From: Callorhinchus milii
Lineage: Eukaryota
DNA length: 64,000 nucleotides
Direction of reading: 5' to 3'
Assembly (NCBI RefSeq): GCF_018977255.1
Contig: NW_024704742.1
Coordinates: 91,762,001-91,826,000 of the forward strand
The translations under genes were made by a program, and so were the position numbers. The notes beneath the pieces are model-generated. The model had not been told where the DNA came from. It made no database searches and was given only the letters and a program-made list of their open reading frames with translations. Shown in pieces: positions 1 to 11,783 of this stretch (position 1 is its first letter; each line of letters opens with the position of its first letter).

Positions 1-191
1 TTATAACCACCTCGAGAAATGGCATGCAGCGATTTGCTATTATAGTGTTTCATTGTTTAATTTTAGCAAGATGGACATGCTGACAGAGTGTGCAAAGCTT
101 TAAGTCATATAGATGCCTCTTGTCCTGAATACAATTATGGACAATAATAATTTGCACTGTCAGGTTGGCAGTCAGAAGCTCGTGAGTTGAA

Positions 192-307
192 GCATTCGCC
201 TACAAATACATAGCCACTATGCTTCATTGTAAATCCTGTGGAATGCTTTGAAAAGTCCTTCTAACATGAAAGGCGCTATACTAAATGCAAGGATTATTAG
301 CATTATA
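192..307 (+). mobile_element. SINE 3' tail fragment (L2-type tail)
   Basis: Ends in tgaaaggcgctatactaaatgcaaggattatt, the tail shared by the SINEs in this window. Confidence 0.7.
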
Positions 308-679
308 TAGCAAACTGTGACAGATTTCAATCAGTGTTCAGGTGTTGGTTTGTCCCCATTTATTTTGTCTATAATATTTACACATTGTTAGTGACACCTC
401 CATTCAAAGGCCATAGAGGGCATCCGTCCACTTAGTGATCTGCCAATAAACCTTTCCTGCCTTGCTCTTAAATGATAGCATTTCAAGACACCATGGCCAA
501 GTTAGATTATTCACTTACTGAGTAATAATCTCCAGAAATAGAAGTTACCTCAGTCAATGCAATGTGCCAAGCTTTCTTTTCTGTCTATTTTATTATTACC
601 ATTATGACCATTGCAATTATGAACTGTCTTCTGACTTTCCTCTTTTAAGTTTCAAATACCATTTTGCCCACTTCTTCCA

Positions 680-832
680 TTCTGGATCCTCACTATGTCG
701 AAGGTAATACGCTATCCCCTCATTCTAACGCGTTCTTTCTCAAGAAACTTCAGACTGTGGAATTTCTCACTTTCCTCAGTTTTACCTTCCTCATACAATC
801 TACAAGCTTACTTGACGTCAGTCACCTAACCA
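680..832 (+). mobile_element. Old CR1-clade LINE, ORF2 C-terminal remnant
   Basis: Frameshifted translation DPHYVE..HSNAFF / FRLWN / SSVLPSSYNLQAYLTSV fits the SFFxRTxRLWNSLPxxVFPxxYNLxxFK end of CR1-like ORF2. Confidence 0.5.
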
Positions 833-1071
833 CCTTTTCCGGACTTAGCTCAATTTTCCCTGCTTCTCTTTAAACCTTGTGTATTTTTTATTGTGAAAAA
901 AAACTAGAATGGGAGTAAAAGACAGAAAATCACCAATGAGTCATTAATGCCCATTGAATCCACTATGTCTTAATTTGTTGTTGGTTAAAAAGAAGTACTT
1001 AAGAAATGGTTGGGGAAATTTGCAATCATTTTAGAGCACGTCTTGTGTTACATAAAGAATGATTGGTGCCC

Positions 1072-1150
1072 ATCAACAATTACAATACAAAATTACATTT
1101 GTATAGTGCCTTTCATATCGGGAGGACACCCCAAGGTGCTAATTACAGTA
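1072..1150 (-). mobile_element. L2 LINE 3' tail
   Basis: Degenerate (CAA)n followed by gtgcctttcatatcgggaggacaccccaaggtgct, matching the L2 tails at 5379 and 13644. Confidence 0.75.
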
Positions 1151-1154
1151 GTCA

Positions 1155-1385
1155 AGCTTTCAGTCTCTACATCCCTAATCTCTGGAACTTCTGCCCCTAT
1201 CCCTCCGTCTCCCCCTGTCTCCGTCTGTCTTTAATATCCCATCTGAAAATTTACCATTTCCATCGTGCCTTTGGTTATTTCCCAAACGTTTGTCCCTTGC
1301 TCAGGATCCAACCCCACCACTATGAAGAGTTCAGAGACATTATCCTATCTGAAAGCACTATAAAAATGCAAGTTGTTATTGTTTT
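1155..1385 (+). mobile_element. Degraded L2 3' fragment
   Basis: ctttcagtctctacatccctaatctctggaac...tgaaagcactataaaaatgcaagttgttattg. Confidence 0.65.
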
Positions 1386-2254
1386 ATAGACTGGGGTGCT
1401 GAGGTTAGTTGTAGTGCTCCACTGCTTGCCTGCTGAATTCAGATAATCCAGCAGAGTAACAATCAAATGTGAGATCTTCCTGGATTGCCTCATTTTCACT
1501 GCAGGCCCTGGTTTACCAACAAGCCACAGGAGGTGCTTGAACTGGATTCCTTAAAGGGTTACTGCCTTACGAAAGATTGTTTGCCAAAGGGAGATTTGTT
1601 TGCAAACACACAAGGCAATGCTTCACTTGACTGCAACATCATCTTACTGAAAATTACACAGAACTTTGGCTCCGGCTCCACAGGGATTTTCTGCAAAATG
1701 TTTTTCCAAATTGTGTACAAGTTTTTGAAGTGAGTGGATGGCAGCAAAAGGCATGTACTTCCTAATGCATGAGACATGACAGGTAATCCCACATGCACCC
1801 ACATTGCATCCAATCTATCCCACGCATGCCACAGTATTAGCATTGGCAGCTCATGCTTGGGAGTTTGCAAATAAACTAATGTCAATGTAGCTGTTCACAA
1901 AAATTCGAACTTGGCTTCACTCTGGAGTACTGGAGGCCAGCTGATACTGGGCTCTATTTGATACTTACAATTAATGCATGAGTTAGCTTTGTGCTAGTTT
2001 GAATTTGAGCACAAATATCTAATTTTATTTAGATAGAGTTATGTCACTTTAATGGGAAAATCCAGAAATGGTTCTGCAGCCAGGATACTCCATTTATCTT
2101 AATTATCACATCACATTATTTTATTTGATTCCATAATGACTGTAGCGATTCAAGTTTATGCCTGAATCCTGCATTGGATCTCCTTGGCCCGGTAGAAACT
2201 GGGAACAAAGCTGTTGCATATGATGTGAAAATTATCACTGGTGATAATTGTCAT

Positions 2255-2500
2255 ATCTGCTGGAGGTGCCGTACTTCAGGTGAGATGTGAAACTGAGGTC
2301 CAGTCTGCCTGTTCAGGTGGACGTTATAGATCCCACGGCACTATTAGAAACAAGACAGGAGTTTCTCCCAGTGTCCAGGTCAACAACCCACAGGGAAATT
2401 TGATCACTCACTTCTTGGATTTTTGTGGGACATTGCTGTGTGCAAATTGGCTGCTGCATTAACCCACAAAATTGGGTCACTACACTGCACAGTAAATTCA
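2255..2500 (+). mobile_element. Deu-domain SINE (SacSINE1/LmeSINE1-like), partial
   Basis: ggaggtgccgtacttcaggtgagatgtgaaactgagg...tcaggtggacgttatagatcccacggcactatt is the Deu central domain; many copies occur in the window. Confidence 0.8.
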
Positions 2501-3169
2501 GTTTATGTTGAGCCAGGCTTGCACTGGATGCTCCTAGGCGAGGTTACAGTAGAATTTAATACAGGGGTTGAAATTTGCAACATTTCGTAATGGTGATAAC
2601 TATCACGTTAAGCACATTATGTAAAGCTGCAAATTTCATTCTGTCTCCCTTAGAAAGTATTTGAGAAAAAATAAGAAAGCATTTATCGCCAAAGCAAAGA
2701 AAGGGATGGGTTCGACCACTGCTGTGCAGAGAGAGTGAGAGAGATGCCAAAAGCTGGTCACTGAAAGCCAGCTGCTGCTGTTTATGCAAACCACCTCACT
2801 GTCGATATTGATATTACAGCACATCAGTGTTGTTTGACTGGAGCCAGAGTCATAGGACTTAAAGTGCATCCAAAAAAAATCTTAAGTCTTGTTAAACAAA
2901 AGGGGAGATTTGTTAGGTTCGCGTATTTTGAATGTTACCATAGCAAAACTTGTAAACATTTGTTCATTGTACTTTTACTTGTTTTGTCTTCTTTAACCAA
3001 TCACATATATTAGTCTTATATTGAGATTTTGTAAAACAGCAAATCTTTATAATATTTTCTTTGTCCGGCTCCTGCAGGATTCAATGTTCAAAGCCTCAGG
3101 GAGGGAAAGAGTGTTTGGTGAGACAACAACCTTAGATACTGCACCCCTCCCCACCCCTCCACCGCATGT

Positions 3170-3390
3170 CTATGTGCACAAATACACACATTCTCACACA
3201 CAAATGCAAACTCTCTCTCTCACCACACACACGCAAACATATATAAGCACTGTCTCTCTCACAGGCACACAGTGTCTCTCCTATAGACCCACACACATAT
3301 GCACACACACTCTCTCACACACACACATACATGTAAATCCATAAGCACACTGTCTCTCACACTTTCACCCACATATATACACTCTCACAC
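3170..3390. repeat. Degenerate (CA)n/(CT)n microsatellite
   Basis: Interrupted CA and CT runs. Confidence 0.85.
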
Positions 3391-3753
3391 ATGGATTTTA
3401 TGCCTTCCTCCATGTTCTGTCTCAGGCAGGGTTATAGTTGTGCTGCCACTAGCCAATTTGCAATATCTCACCTGTCTATTTGGCTGGAGGTGGGGGGGAC
3501 GGGAAATTACACATGATTCCATCCTTATACTCTGCAATGATTGACATTGGAATCTCCAGCTAAATTTCCCTACCTGGCCCAGGGTCACTTGCACCAATTG
3601 TGCTGCACCCATTGCTGTCTTGCTCTGGGTGAGATCACTGTCTTCAGGTGGGACAGGAAATTGAAATGGAAGTGTTTAACATCACCATCCCTATCCAGGC
3701 ACACCCAAGTATGTAATATTAGCCCTATTCTATCTATCGTGATGCAACCAAAT

Positions 3754-4080
3754 GGAGTCCTGTAGCTCAGCGGTTAGAGCACTCGACTTGCAAGCGAGAC
3801 ACCTGAGTTCAATTCCAGGCAGGGCGAAACCTTGGGCAAGTTTCCTTACTTCACACACCTAATGATAATCCCTCCAAAACAAAACAATAATAAATTGGTC
3901 ATTTTCAATCCACGACTGTTTGTGGGGCACTGTTGTGCGCAATTGGCTGCCGTGTTTCGCCCACAAACATGTGGTCAATTCACTTTACAGTGTCTTTTGT
4001 GAAGCACTTTGAGACATCGAGAAGACGTGAAAAGTGCTATATCAAATGCAAGGATTATTTATTGATTATTATTATTTATT
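3754..4080 (+). mobile_element. tRNA-derived SINE, full length, short subfamily
   Basis: Head ggagtcctgtagctcagcggttagagc...cttgcaa...gagttcaattcc with A and B boxes and a TGC anticodon loop; body ccttgggcaagtttcc; (ATT)n tail. Confidence 0.92.
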
Positions 4081-4246
4081 GCTTTGATCACATGGCTATG
4101 AAGTTGGGGAAGACAGTGCTAATTAAAAGCACACCCAGGCCATACCTCACTGTTCGTGACTTTTCATTTCCAAAGAACTGACAAGATTTTTGCATAATTT
4201 TTAATAAATTTGTTGGCACCAGCTGCTTTCACTTCACATCGAACTT

Positions 4247-4485
4247 GCCAATTGCACACAGCAATGTCCCTCAAACAGTGGATTGAGTGACCTATTTTTT
4301 TTAAGGAATAATTACCTCCGGAAAAGTGATCCGCCAATCGACTAACAAGTGAGTTCCTACTTACTGCTAGGTAAACAGATACATGTGGATTAAGGAAACT
4401 TGCCCAATGTTTTACCCTGCCAGGAATTGAACCCAGGTCTCTCATTTGCAAGGCAAGTGCTCTAACCACTGAGCTACAGGACTCC
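4247..4485 (-). mobile_element. tRNA-derived SINE, long subfamily, tail missing
   Basis: Reverse complement of the head ends at ctgagctacaggactcc; contains the gtttacctagcagtaagtaggaactc segment. Confidence 0.9.
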
Positions 4486-4834
4486 TGATGCAGATGTAGC
4501 GAGATCCAGAAATGGAGGTTTGATACAGGTTTGGGATGGATCTGAGATTTTGGAGTAATTGGCATTCAAAATGCATCAACAGGCAAATCCAACATCTGTT
4601 TGCCACACCAAAGCAATATGTTAATCTGCTTCTGTAAATGTACATTGTGTTCTCATCTTGCACTGGTACAAATAACCCTACCTTAGAACACAAACACTTT
4701 ATTGATCCAAAATTAACTCAAATCCCAACTCAAAATGGGAAGAATTCAACGCATCTCACCAATTTGATTTCTGAAAGAAATGCAGCGGCAAGCTTGTCTT
4801 CCAAACATAATTTTTTTGTGAAAAGTGGTCACTT

Positions 4835-5008
4835 TGGCTCAATTGTAGCACTCAAGTCTCAGCATCAGAAGATTGTGGGATAAAACCCTATCTCAGGGCT
4901 TGAGCGCATAATCTTGATTGATATCCAGCAAGGGGGTGGGGGTGGCACTTCAATGTTGGATGTGCTGACTTTCAGATAAGATGTTAAACAGATCCTGTCT
5001 GCCTGTTT
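4835..5008 (+). mobile_element. Deu-SINE 5' fragment
   Basis: tggctcaattgtagcactc...cagaagattgtggg head, then ctttcagataagatgttaaac. Confidence 0.6.
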
Positions 5009-5378
5009 CCAGATTGAATTAAATTATGTGAAAAGAGAATGTGAATGACTGTCAAAGTATAGAAAGCATGGGAAAGATGTGGGACTTGTTACTAAGCCAA
5101 TAATAAATGTTTTATTGAGCAATTAATGAAATAATTATTTAGAATTCAGCAATCCCAGGAATACAGGAACTTGTGTTTCACATAAACACCATAAACTTGG
5201 AGTCCAGAATGAATCACTCAGTTACTGTGGAGCCAGCTTTAAGATATGTTCCTGTGGATAGGCCTAGCCCTTCACTGCTCTTAGTGCAGCTAAGAATTTC
5301 TCATGCCTTGATAAATATCCACCACTGATTATTCATGACAGACATCAACAATATTATAGAATTTGGAGGTTTCAAGAG

Positions 5379-5814
5379 CAACAACAACAACAACGACAAC
5401 AAGAATCCATCTACAGAGCGCCTTTCACGTCAGGAGGACGTCCCAAGGCGCTGGACAGTTGGGTCAGGACCCGAGCAGGGGGGAAATGGTCAGGGTGAGG
5501 GGAGTGAAGGGAGGGAGCGAGGAGGGGGTAGAGAGTCGAGAGGGGAGCTGAAGGCTTGGTTGAAGAGAAAGGTCTTGAGACCGGCCTTGAAGGAGGAAAG
5601 GGAGGAGGCGGCGAAGGCACTGGGGGATGGAGTTCCAGAGCCTAGGGGCTGAGAGGCTGAAGGCCCGACCACCGATGGTAGGGCGGTTGGGGCGGGGGAT
5701 GTGGAGCAGACCGGAGCCAGAGGAACGGAGGGTACAGGCAAGTAAGTAGGGGGATAGTAGGTCGGAGAGGTAGGAGGGAGCAAGGCCGTGAATGGCCTTG
5801 TAGGTGAGGATGAG
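5379..5814 (-). mobile_element. L2 LINE 3' end, 5'-truncated
   Basis: Minus ORF LILTYKAIHGLAPSYLSDLL...GGRAFSLSAPRLWNSIP is the L2 ORF2 C-terminus; (CAA)n tail at 5379. Confidence 0.95.
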
Positions 5815-5827
5815 CAAAACATTTATA

Positions 5828-6014
5828 CAGTAAACCTCACATAAGTTGCTCCTGTTGGGACCATACATTTAACATGACTTGCAAATGTGACTTATACAAA
5901 GTATGTGTTATATGACACTTGCATAAGTTATAGGAAATTCAACAGGACTTGGGCAGATGTACGATTCAGGTGATTATACGATTTATACAGATCAGATTTA
6001 TGCGAGTCTTACTG
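5828..6014. mobile_element. Tc1/mariner (Tigger/pogo-like) MITE
   Basis: TA|cagtaaacctcacataagt ... atttatgcgagtcttactg|TA: imperfect ~19-bp TIRs with TA on both sides. Confidence 0.7.
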
Positions 6015-7659
6015 TAAAGATTTTTTTAATATCCCATAAATATAATGGACTCCATGATTTAACACATGGTCACTACACATTCTAGAAACTTTGTGAATTA
6101 CTTTCAGACATTCTTGATGTTATAGGCATTGTAGGAAATTAAAGGGTTATTTTTATTATAATTTTGGAATGCACAAATAACAAATAGCTATGTTTGCTGG
6201 GACCCATGAAAAATGGACAGTATATGCAGTCTTAAAAGTTGCTGATTTTGTTGACTTTTCCCTGCTTCACATAAATTGTATCAGTTATCTTATGATTAAT
6301 AATAACTGCAACTTCCAAGCTGAGGAAGGGTGACATGGATGCACTGAGGGAGCCCACAGCTCCAACTCTGGGCTAAGGAAAGGCTCAATACTAGGGATCG
6401 TATTCTACTGACTTGTGGCCAGTTCAGTAATCCTCTGTTGGGCCAGTGGAGCCAATGGAAAGTTAACTTACAGCCAAGATCAGTTTACTGACCTCAGATG
6501 TAATGCGCAAAACCTTTTCTTAATTTTCTTGGACAAAGTGTGCATTCCTAACAGATTTTAACATCTTGGTTTTCGAATGGAAGCAGGTGTGAAAGAAACA
6601 ATCATCTGGATGGGCTACGAAAATAAATCACTGGACATTAATGAGTTCATATCTCATTTCAGTAGCAATGTGAAAAATATGTTAATCATAGTACAGATTT
6701 ATTGGGGGTGAAATTCTTGCAAATCCCATCATCAAATCATGTTGATTGATCAACTTGTCATGCTAAATGGATTTAAACACATTTATCGAGCCAGTTTGTC
6801 GATAGATGTGTTTAAACAGATTTTTTTAAATTTTTTGCTTTTATACTACAAATGCATAACGTGTACAAATTATTTATTTTCATATGTGATTCATCTGATA
6901 CACGTAATAATGTGCACTCCTTTACACCTGAACTTCCAAGTGATGGAATCTGCTTGCCTCAGTTTCCTCATTGCATTGCTGCGCTGAATAAACACTTTTT
7001 TTCTTTTTGTTAGGAACAGATGTGAATGAAAAGTCTTCTGTAAATGAATTAAACTGTGTGTGCCCCACCTCCCCTGGCAGGCTGATTTGTAGTGAGCTGA
7101 GCTGTGCAGCCCACACTGTGATCTGACAATTGCCAGTCTCTATATGCTATGCTTGTAAATCTCCCTCCAAATCTTATATGTCTTTCGTTCAACATCACTA
7201 CTGATTGCAACAGTCAGATTGGGAAGCTTTCAATTTTTTTGAAGCCTCCTTTGCATGAGACTCACTCTAAGGTACAGTTCCACACATAACAGCAGCCACC
7301 CTGTGCATTGCTCAATTGACCATTTTTATTCTCAAGAGCCAAGATACTTAGGGTCGAAGATGGGTTCAAAAACCGATAAGGACACAACTAACTTTCACTC
7401 ATAACTAAATAATCTCAAGATAATGATTGCTGTTAAGCATGTCAATAACCAGGAAATGAGTACTGGGCTGTGTACCAGTATTGATGGGAAATATTCAGTG
7501 AGGAAGCCCGTCTCTCGGGTCATAAAATCGCATGGGAATAAATTGTGATCTGTTAATTATTCTATTTATGTAGCATTTTAAGTATCCAACATTTAGCAAG
7601 TTTTTGAATTTGGTGTTCATTTTAAAACCGGTTTTCTGTAAAGAAAACAACCAGTATGT

Positions 7660-7898
7660 GAGTGATCAATTTTACTTGAAGCATTGTTGCTTAGGCCATT
7701 GGGAGAAACTTTCTTCTCTTTTTGAATAGTGTCATTGGATCTTTAAAGTCCACTAGAACAGAGAGACGGGACCCCATCTGAAGGATAACACCTCCAACAG
7801 TGCAGCACACTCTCAGCTCTGCATCGGAGTATCAACCTAGATTTGTGAGTTCAATGTACCAACTTGGGAAAGTGATACCAACTGTGCTAGGCTGATAC
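7660..7898 (-). mobile_element. Deu-SINE
   Basis: gaatagtgtcattggatctttaaagtccac...catctgaaggataacacctccaacagtgcagcac. Confidence 0.75.
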
Positions 7899-8379
7899 CG
7901 CAATGAATATCTATCGGGATGGAATCTCTCCCCTATGCTATGAGAGTAATGTAAATTTATGTACCTCAGTTACCGATTCATCAACCACTAAGAATCTAAA
8001 GAAAATCGGTAAAAACAAATGTATTACATACAGGATTTTTAATAAGTGCCACAAATTATACAAAAACACAAAAACAATCCAGACATTTGGTTAAAGGGAA
8101 ATTAGATAGATGGCTGATAGAGGAATATATTCCTACCAGTATGAAATAAAATGGTATGAAGTGCTTTAAGACATTTCAACATTATAATAGGGCACTATAT
8201 CTAATGCAAGGAATATTATTTGTAATATATCAGATGGTTTGGAAAGCAAGAAAGAGAGTGGGATTAGATGCGGTAGCTCATGTGGAGAAAAATACCAGTA
8301 CACATTTAATAGTCCAATGGCCTATTTCTATGCTGTAACATTCTATGGCTGTCCTGCACCACAATTGCTGTTGAAGCCC

Positions 8380-8905
8380 AGACATGATGGAAATCGCAAG
8401 ACCAATTCTTTGGTGCACTTCTGCAGTAATGCTCAAAAAATGGAACTGACGGGCCTGCTACCAGACTGTGTTGGCATCTCAAAGACTCACCATTGCTGAA
8501 TCAAGCATTGGATAACATCATTCATAGTAAATTAGGCAAGCCGTACGCCAGCTAAACATGGGAAGAGCCCTAGGCTTGCTGCAATATCACCCACAGATAT
8601 GACTGAACTCAGTACTCAACAAATTCTGGATCAACTACACTATCTACTTCAATTGTTCTATGTATCATGGGATCAGTTCCTGCCACAGTCCTCATATCAG
8701 TCCCGATCAGTTGAGACATACAGTGCCAGCAACAATTTGGTTTCATGCTGGAGAGCTCCAACATTGACTCAAATTCCTTATCAGGAAACTGCCCGAGGAA
8801 TGGCCAGGAGTTCAGCAGACCATTTTATGTAGCCTTTGTTGATCTCAAAAACGGCCTTAGATTCTGCCAGCTGTGAGGCATTGTAGCTACTGTTGGCCAA
8901 CGGCT
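8380..8905 (+). mobile_element. RTE-clade LINE reverse transcriptase fragment
   Basis: Frameshifted translation IRQAVRQLNMGRA ... QQFGFMLESSNID / LIRKLPEE / QEFSRPFYVAFVDLK / ALDSASCEAL*LLL fits the RTE QFGF...FVDLKKAFDSV motifs. Confidence 0.75.
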
Positions 8906-9084
8906 GTGGCAGTATGTGAATACTCCAGTTGTAAAGAAACACCACCAAGTGTATTTATATTAGAATTTAATATATACTTGTTACCTGTCCACTGTGTTTC
9001 ATACAATGCCAGGTGTCATAAATGCAGGGCAATATGAATCTGCCACTTTGTCTAATTAATTTACAGAATTAATTTACTTACGTT

Positions 9085-9358
9085 GATTATACCCGCTCCA
9101 TGTGGCATGCTTCTTGTGCCCCATCATAGCCGGCTGAGTTTTCAGCCGCTGCATGCCCATTCACTCCCTCAACCTCAGCCCTCGCTCTCTCCCTTTCTGC
9201 CCATTTAAAAAGCACCTCTCTTTAGCCGTTTCTTCATTCTGCTCTCACCCCCTCCCCCCCCAATCATCCATCCTGCTCGGCTCACATTCTGTCCCTAAAA
9301 AGTGCTTTGAGATGTTCTCCTATGTGTAAGATGTTCTCCTATATATATATGTTGCTGT
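9085..9358 (+). mobile_element. Degraded L2 3' fragment
   Basis: ccatcatagccggctgagttttcagcc...agtgctttgagatgttctcc...gttgctgtt. Confidence 0.6.
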
Positions 9359-10411
9359 TAATTGGGTCTTACATCCCTCCTGTCTCCTCTGTATAATTGT
9401 ACATTATGCTTTAAGTGCGCCATATTTTAAGTCTACCAACAGTTGGTGGTTCCTGCTGAATTAAACCTTTACTGAAAAATGTAGTTTAGCATTACCTAAC
9501 CACAATTAATGGCAAACCTGTTGTTTTCTGATCAGGGCCTACAACTGATGAGGAAGCAACCCTTTTAATCCTTTCATAGTGTTAAAGCAAAGGAAAGCAG
9601 GTTTGGGGGAGTTTGCTGGGTGCATATCAGCCTGCCTACCCATCAAATGAGTCATGCTTGAAGTCCGAGAGACTTTATCACTTGAATCCAGTTGGCATAG
9701 TGGAGCAGAGGTTTGTTCAGCTTCTGTTAGACTACTGGATGGTGTATACATAATGATACCACCGAATGTATTTATATTTGAAAGGGCTTGTCCTCTGTCC
9801 TTCACACAATGCCAGGTGACATTTGAGCGCTTTGAGATGCTGCTCCCCATTAAAGATGCTAAATAAATGCAAGTTGTTGATACAGCATTCCTTCTGAAGG
9901 AAGAACCTCTGACAGCCACAAACACAGCATATGGGTGTCAGAGGTGGGCACGTTTCTATACTATGAGATACGCCTGTCCACTAATGCTTTAAAATACAAG
10001 ATATTATCATTCTTTGGTGTTGAAAGGAAGCTGCTGCAGTAATCTTTCAAAGCTATAAATTACATTGTGGACATTACAATGCAGCTTCAAGGATTTCTAC
10101 ATTCGACCAAAAACACTGGTATTTCCTGACATGGATCCATTGCCTCCAGCTGAAATTGTTTATAAATTGAACCTGCTGAACTGAATTACAAAATACCAGA
10201 TGTTGCAAGCTGCCCTATAGAATTCTCAGTAAATCTTTATTTGATGGAGTTTACATATGGCCGTGACATGTAATACATCAGCATTTTGTGTGGGAACTGG
10301 GCAACACCCTCCCCTGACTCACAGCAGGTGCTCTGTTGGAATGAAATATTCTTACCAGATCACCGATGCCATCATCAGCAAGTGCATAGCTTGAGTTTTT
10401 GTAGCCAAAAA

Positions 10412-10997
10412 CGCAGCTGAAACTCTCGTCCAACCCTTCGTCACATCTCACCTCGAATATTCCAATGCTCTCTTCACTAGGCTCCATAGCTCCACTACCC
10501 ATAAATTACAATTGATTCTGAACTCTGTCACCCGCATACTTACCCACACTAAATTCTGTACCCCCATCACACCAGTCCTTGCCAGGCTCCACTGGCTCCC
10601 TATGACTCAATGGATCAATTTCAAGATCTTGTCACTCATCTACAAATCCCCTCATGCCCTTCATGCGTTCCTACCTTTCCAACCCGTTTTCTCCCACCTG
10701 ACTGCCCGCTGCCTCCACTTGGCTGGATCTGGCCTCTTGCTCGTCCCTCGTCTCCTCTGCTCTACCATCGGAGGCCATGCTTCAGCCACTATGCCCTGAA
10801 GCTTCAGAACTCTCCCCCTCCCCACCAAATCCCTCCACCTTGTCCCCTCCTTCCCCTCTTTTAGATCATGATTGAAGACTTTCCTCTTCGACCAGCTCCT
10901 GCCTCCCCCTGGTTTAGCGTCAGCTCCTCCACTGTTAAGCACTCCAAGATATGCCCCGCATGAAGAGCACTATAAAAATTAAGTTGCTGTTGTTGCT
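10412..10997 (+). mobile_element. L2 LINE 3' fragment
   Basis: ORF 10512 contains ITPVLARLHWLPMTQWINFKILSLIYK; (TTG)n-like tail. Confidence 0.9.
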
Positions 10998-11528
10998 AAA
11001 GCGTTACTTAACTTATAAGCAGATAAACTCTGAAACGTACCCATTTACAGCATTTGTCATCCATTTCCATGATAGAGTGAATAGAAAATACACAAGACAG
11101 CATATTTCAGAGCAAAATATTTACTGCTTGCTTTATTTCTCCAGTCAAAACTGTTCATTAAAAACTTGACCCAATGTTACAGCCTTGCATGCTGTTGACA
11201 AGATATGATTTGTTTGTTTCAAGCAGATGACTGAAGAAATCAAAAAAGAGAAAGGAATTAGATGAGGTAAATTAGAAGAAAAGGAAATCTAAAATAAGAT
11301 GTGGGTGACCTTGCAATTTTATCATGTTGTTTCAGATTGAAAACTGCTTCACAACTACTTCACTGCGAAATGCATTCAACCACTTTTGCAGGCAAACATG
11401 CTAGCCATATCTTCCAGCTAGCCCAAGGAATCTACCAGATTGTTGGCTTGGACCCTGGAAAAACATTCCTTTTTCTTTCCAAAAATCCAATTCAAAACAG
11501 GCAGATGGGATCTTAGTTTAACATCTGT

Positions 11529-11783
11529 AATAAATAATAATCCTTGCATCTGATAGAGCGCCGTATCACGTTGTTGAGATGTCTCAAAGCGAAAGTGAAT
11601 TGACTGTATTTTGTGGGCCAAACATGGTAACCAATCATTCAATAACTGGGTCCTATTCATTACCAGGTAAACAGAGACATGTAGAGCAAGGAAATTTGCA
11701 TAAGGATTCGGCCTACCCAGGAATTGAATCTGGGTCCTCCCACTTGCGAGCCAAGCACCCTCACCACTATGCTATGGGACTCC
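11529..11783 (-). mobile_element. tRNA-derived SINE, diverged and internally deleted
   Basis: aataataatccttgcatctgatagagcg tail; head ends accactatgctatgggactcc. Confidence 0.8.

Noticed and set aside
3754..3826. tRNA-Ala(TGC)-like genes here and at ~4415-4485, ~40030-40099, ~56222-56293 and 63763-63835
   Set aside because: Each runs directly into a SINE body and has stem or B-box mismatches; these are SINE heads.
5335..5652. Gly/Glu/Arg-rich and Pro/Ser-rich ORFs here and at 13489, 15021, 15348, 27201, 42970, 51240 and elsewhere
   Set aside because: Antisense or off-frame shadows of L2 sequence.
7060..7082. CTCF-like site cacctcccctggcagg
   Set aside because: Only a partial match to the core; not supportable without PWM scoring or ChIP data.
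9539..9925. 128-aa minus ORF
   Set aside because: Its 5' part overlaps an L2-type tail; no recognisable domain and only weak splice acceptors.
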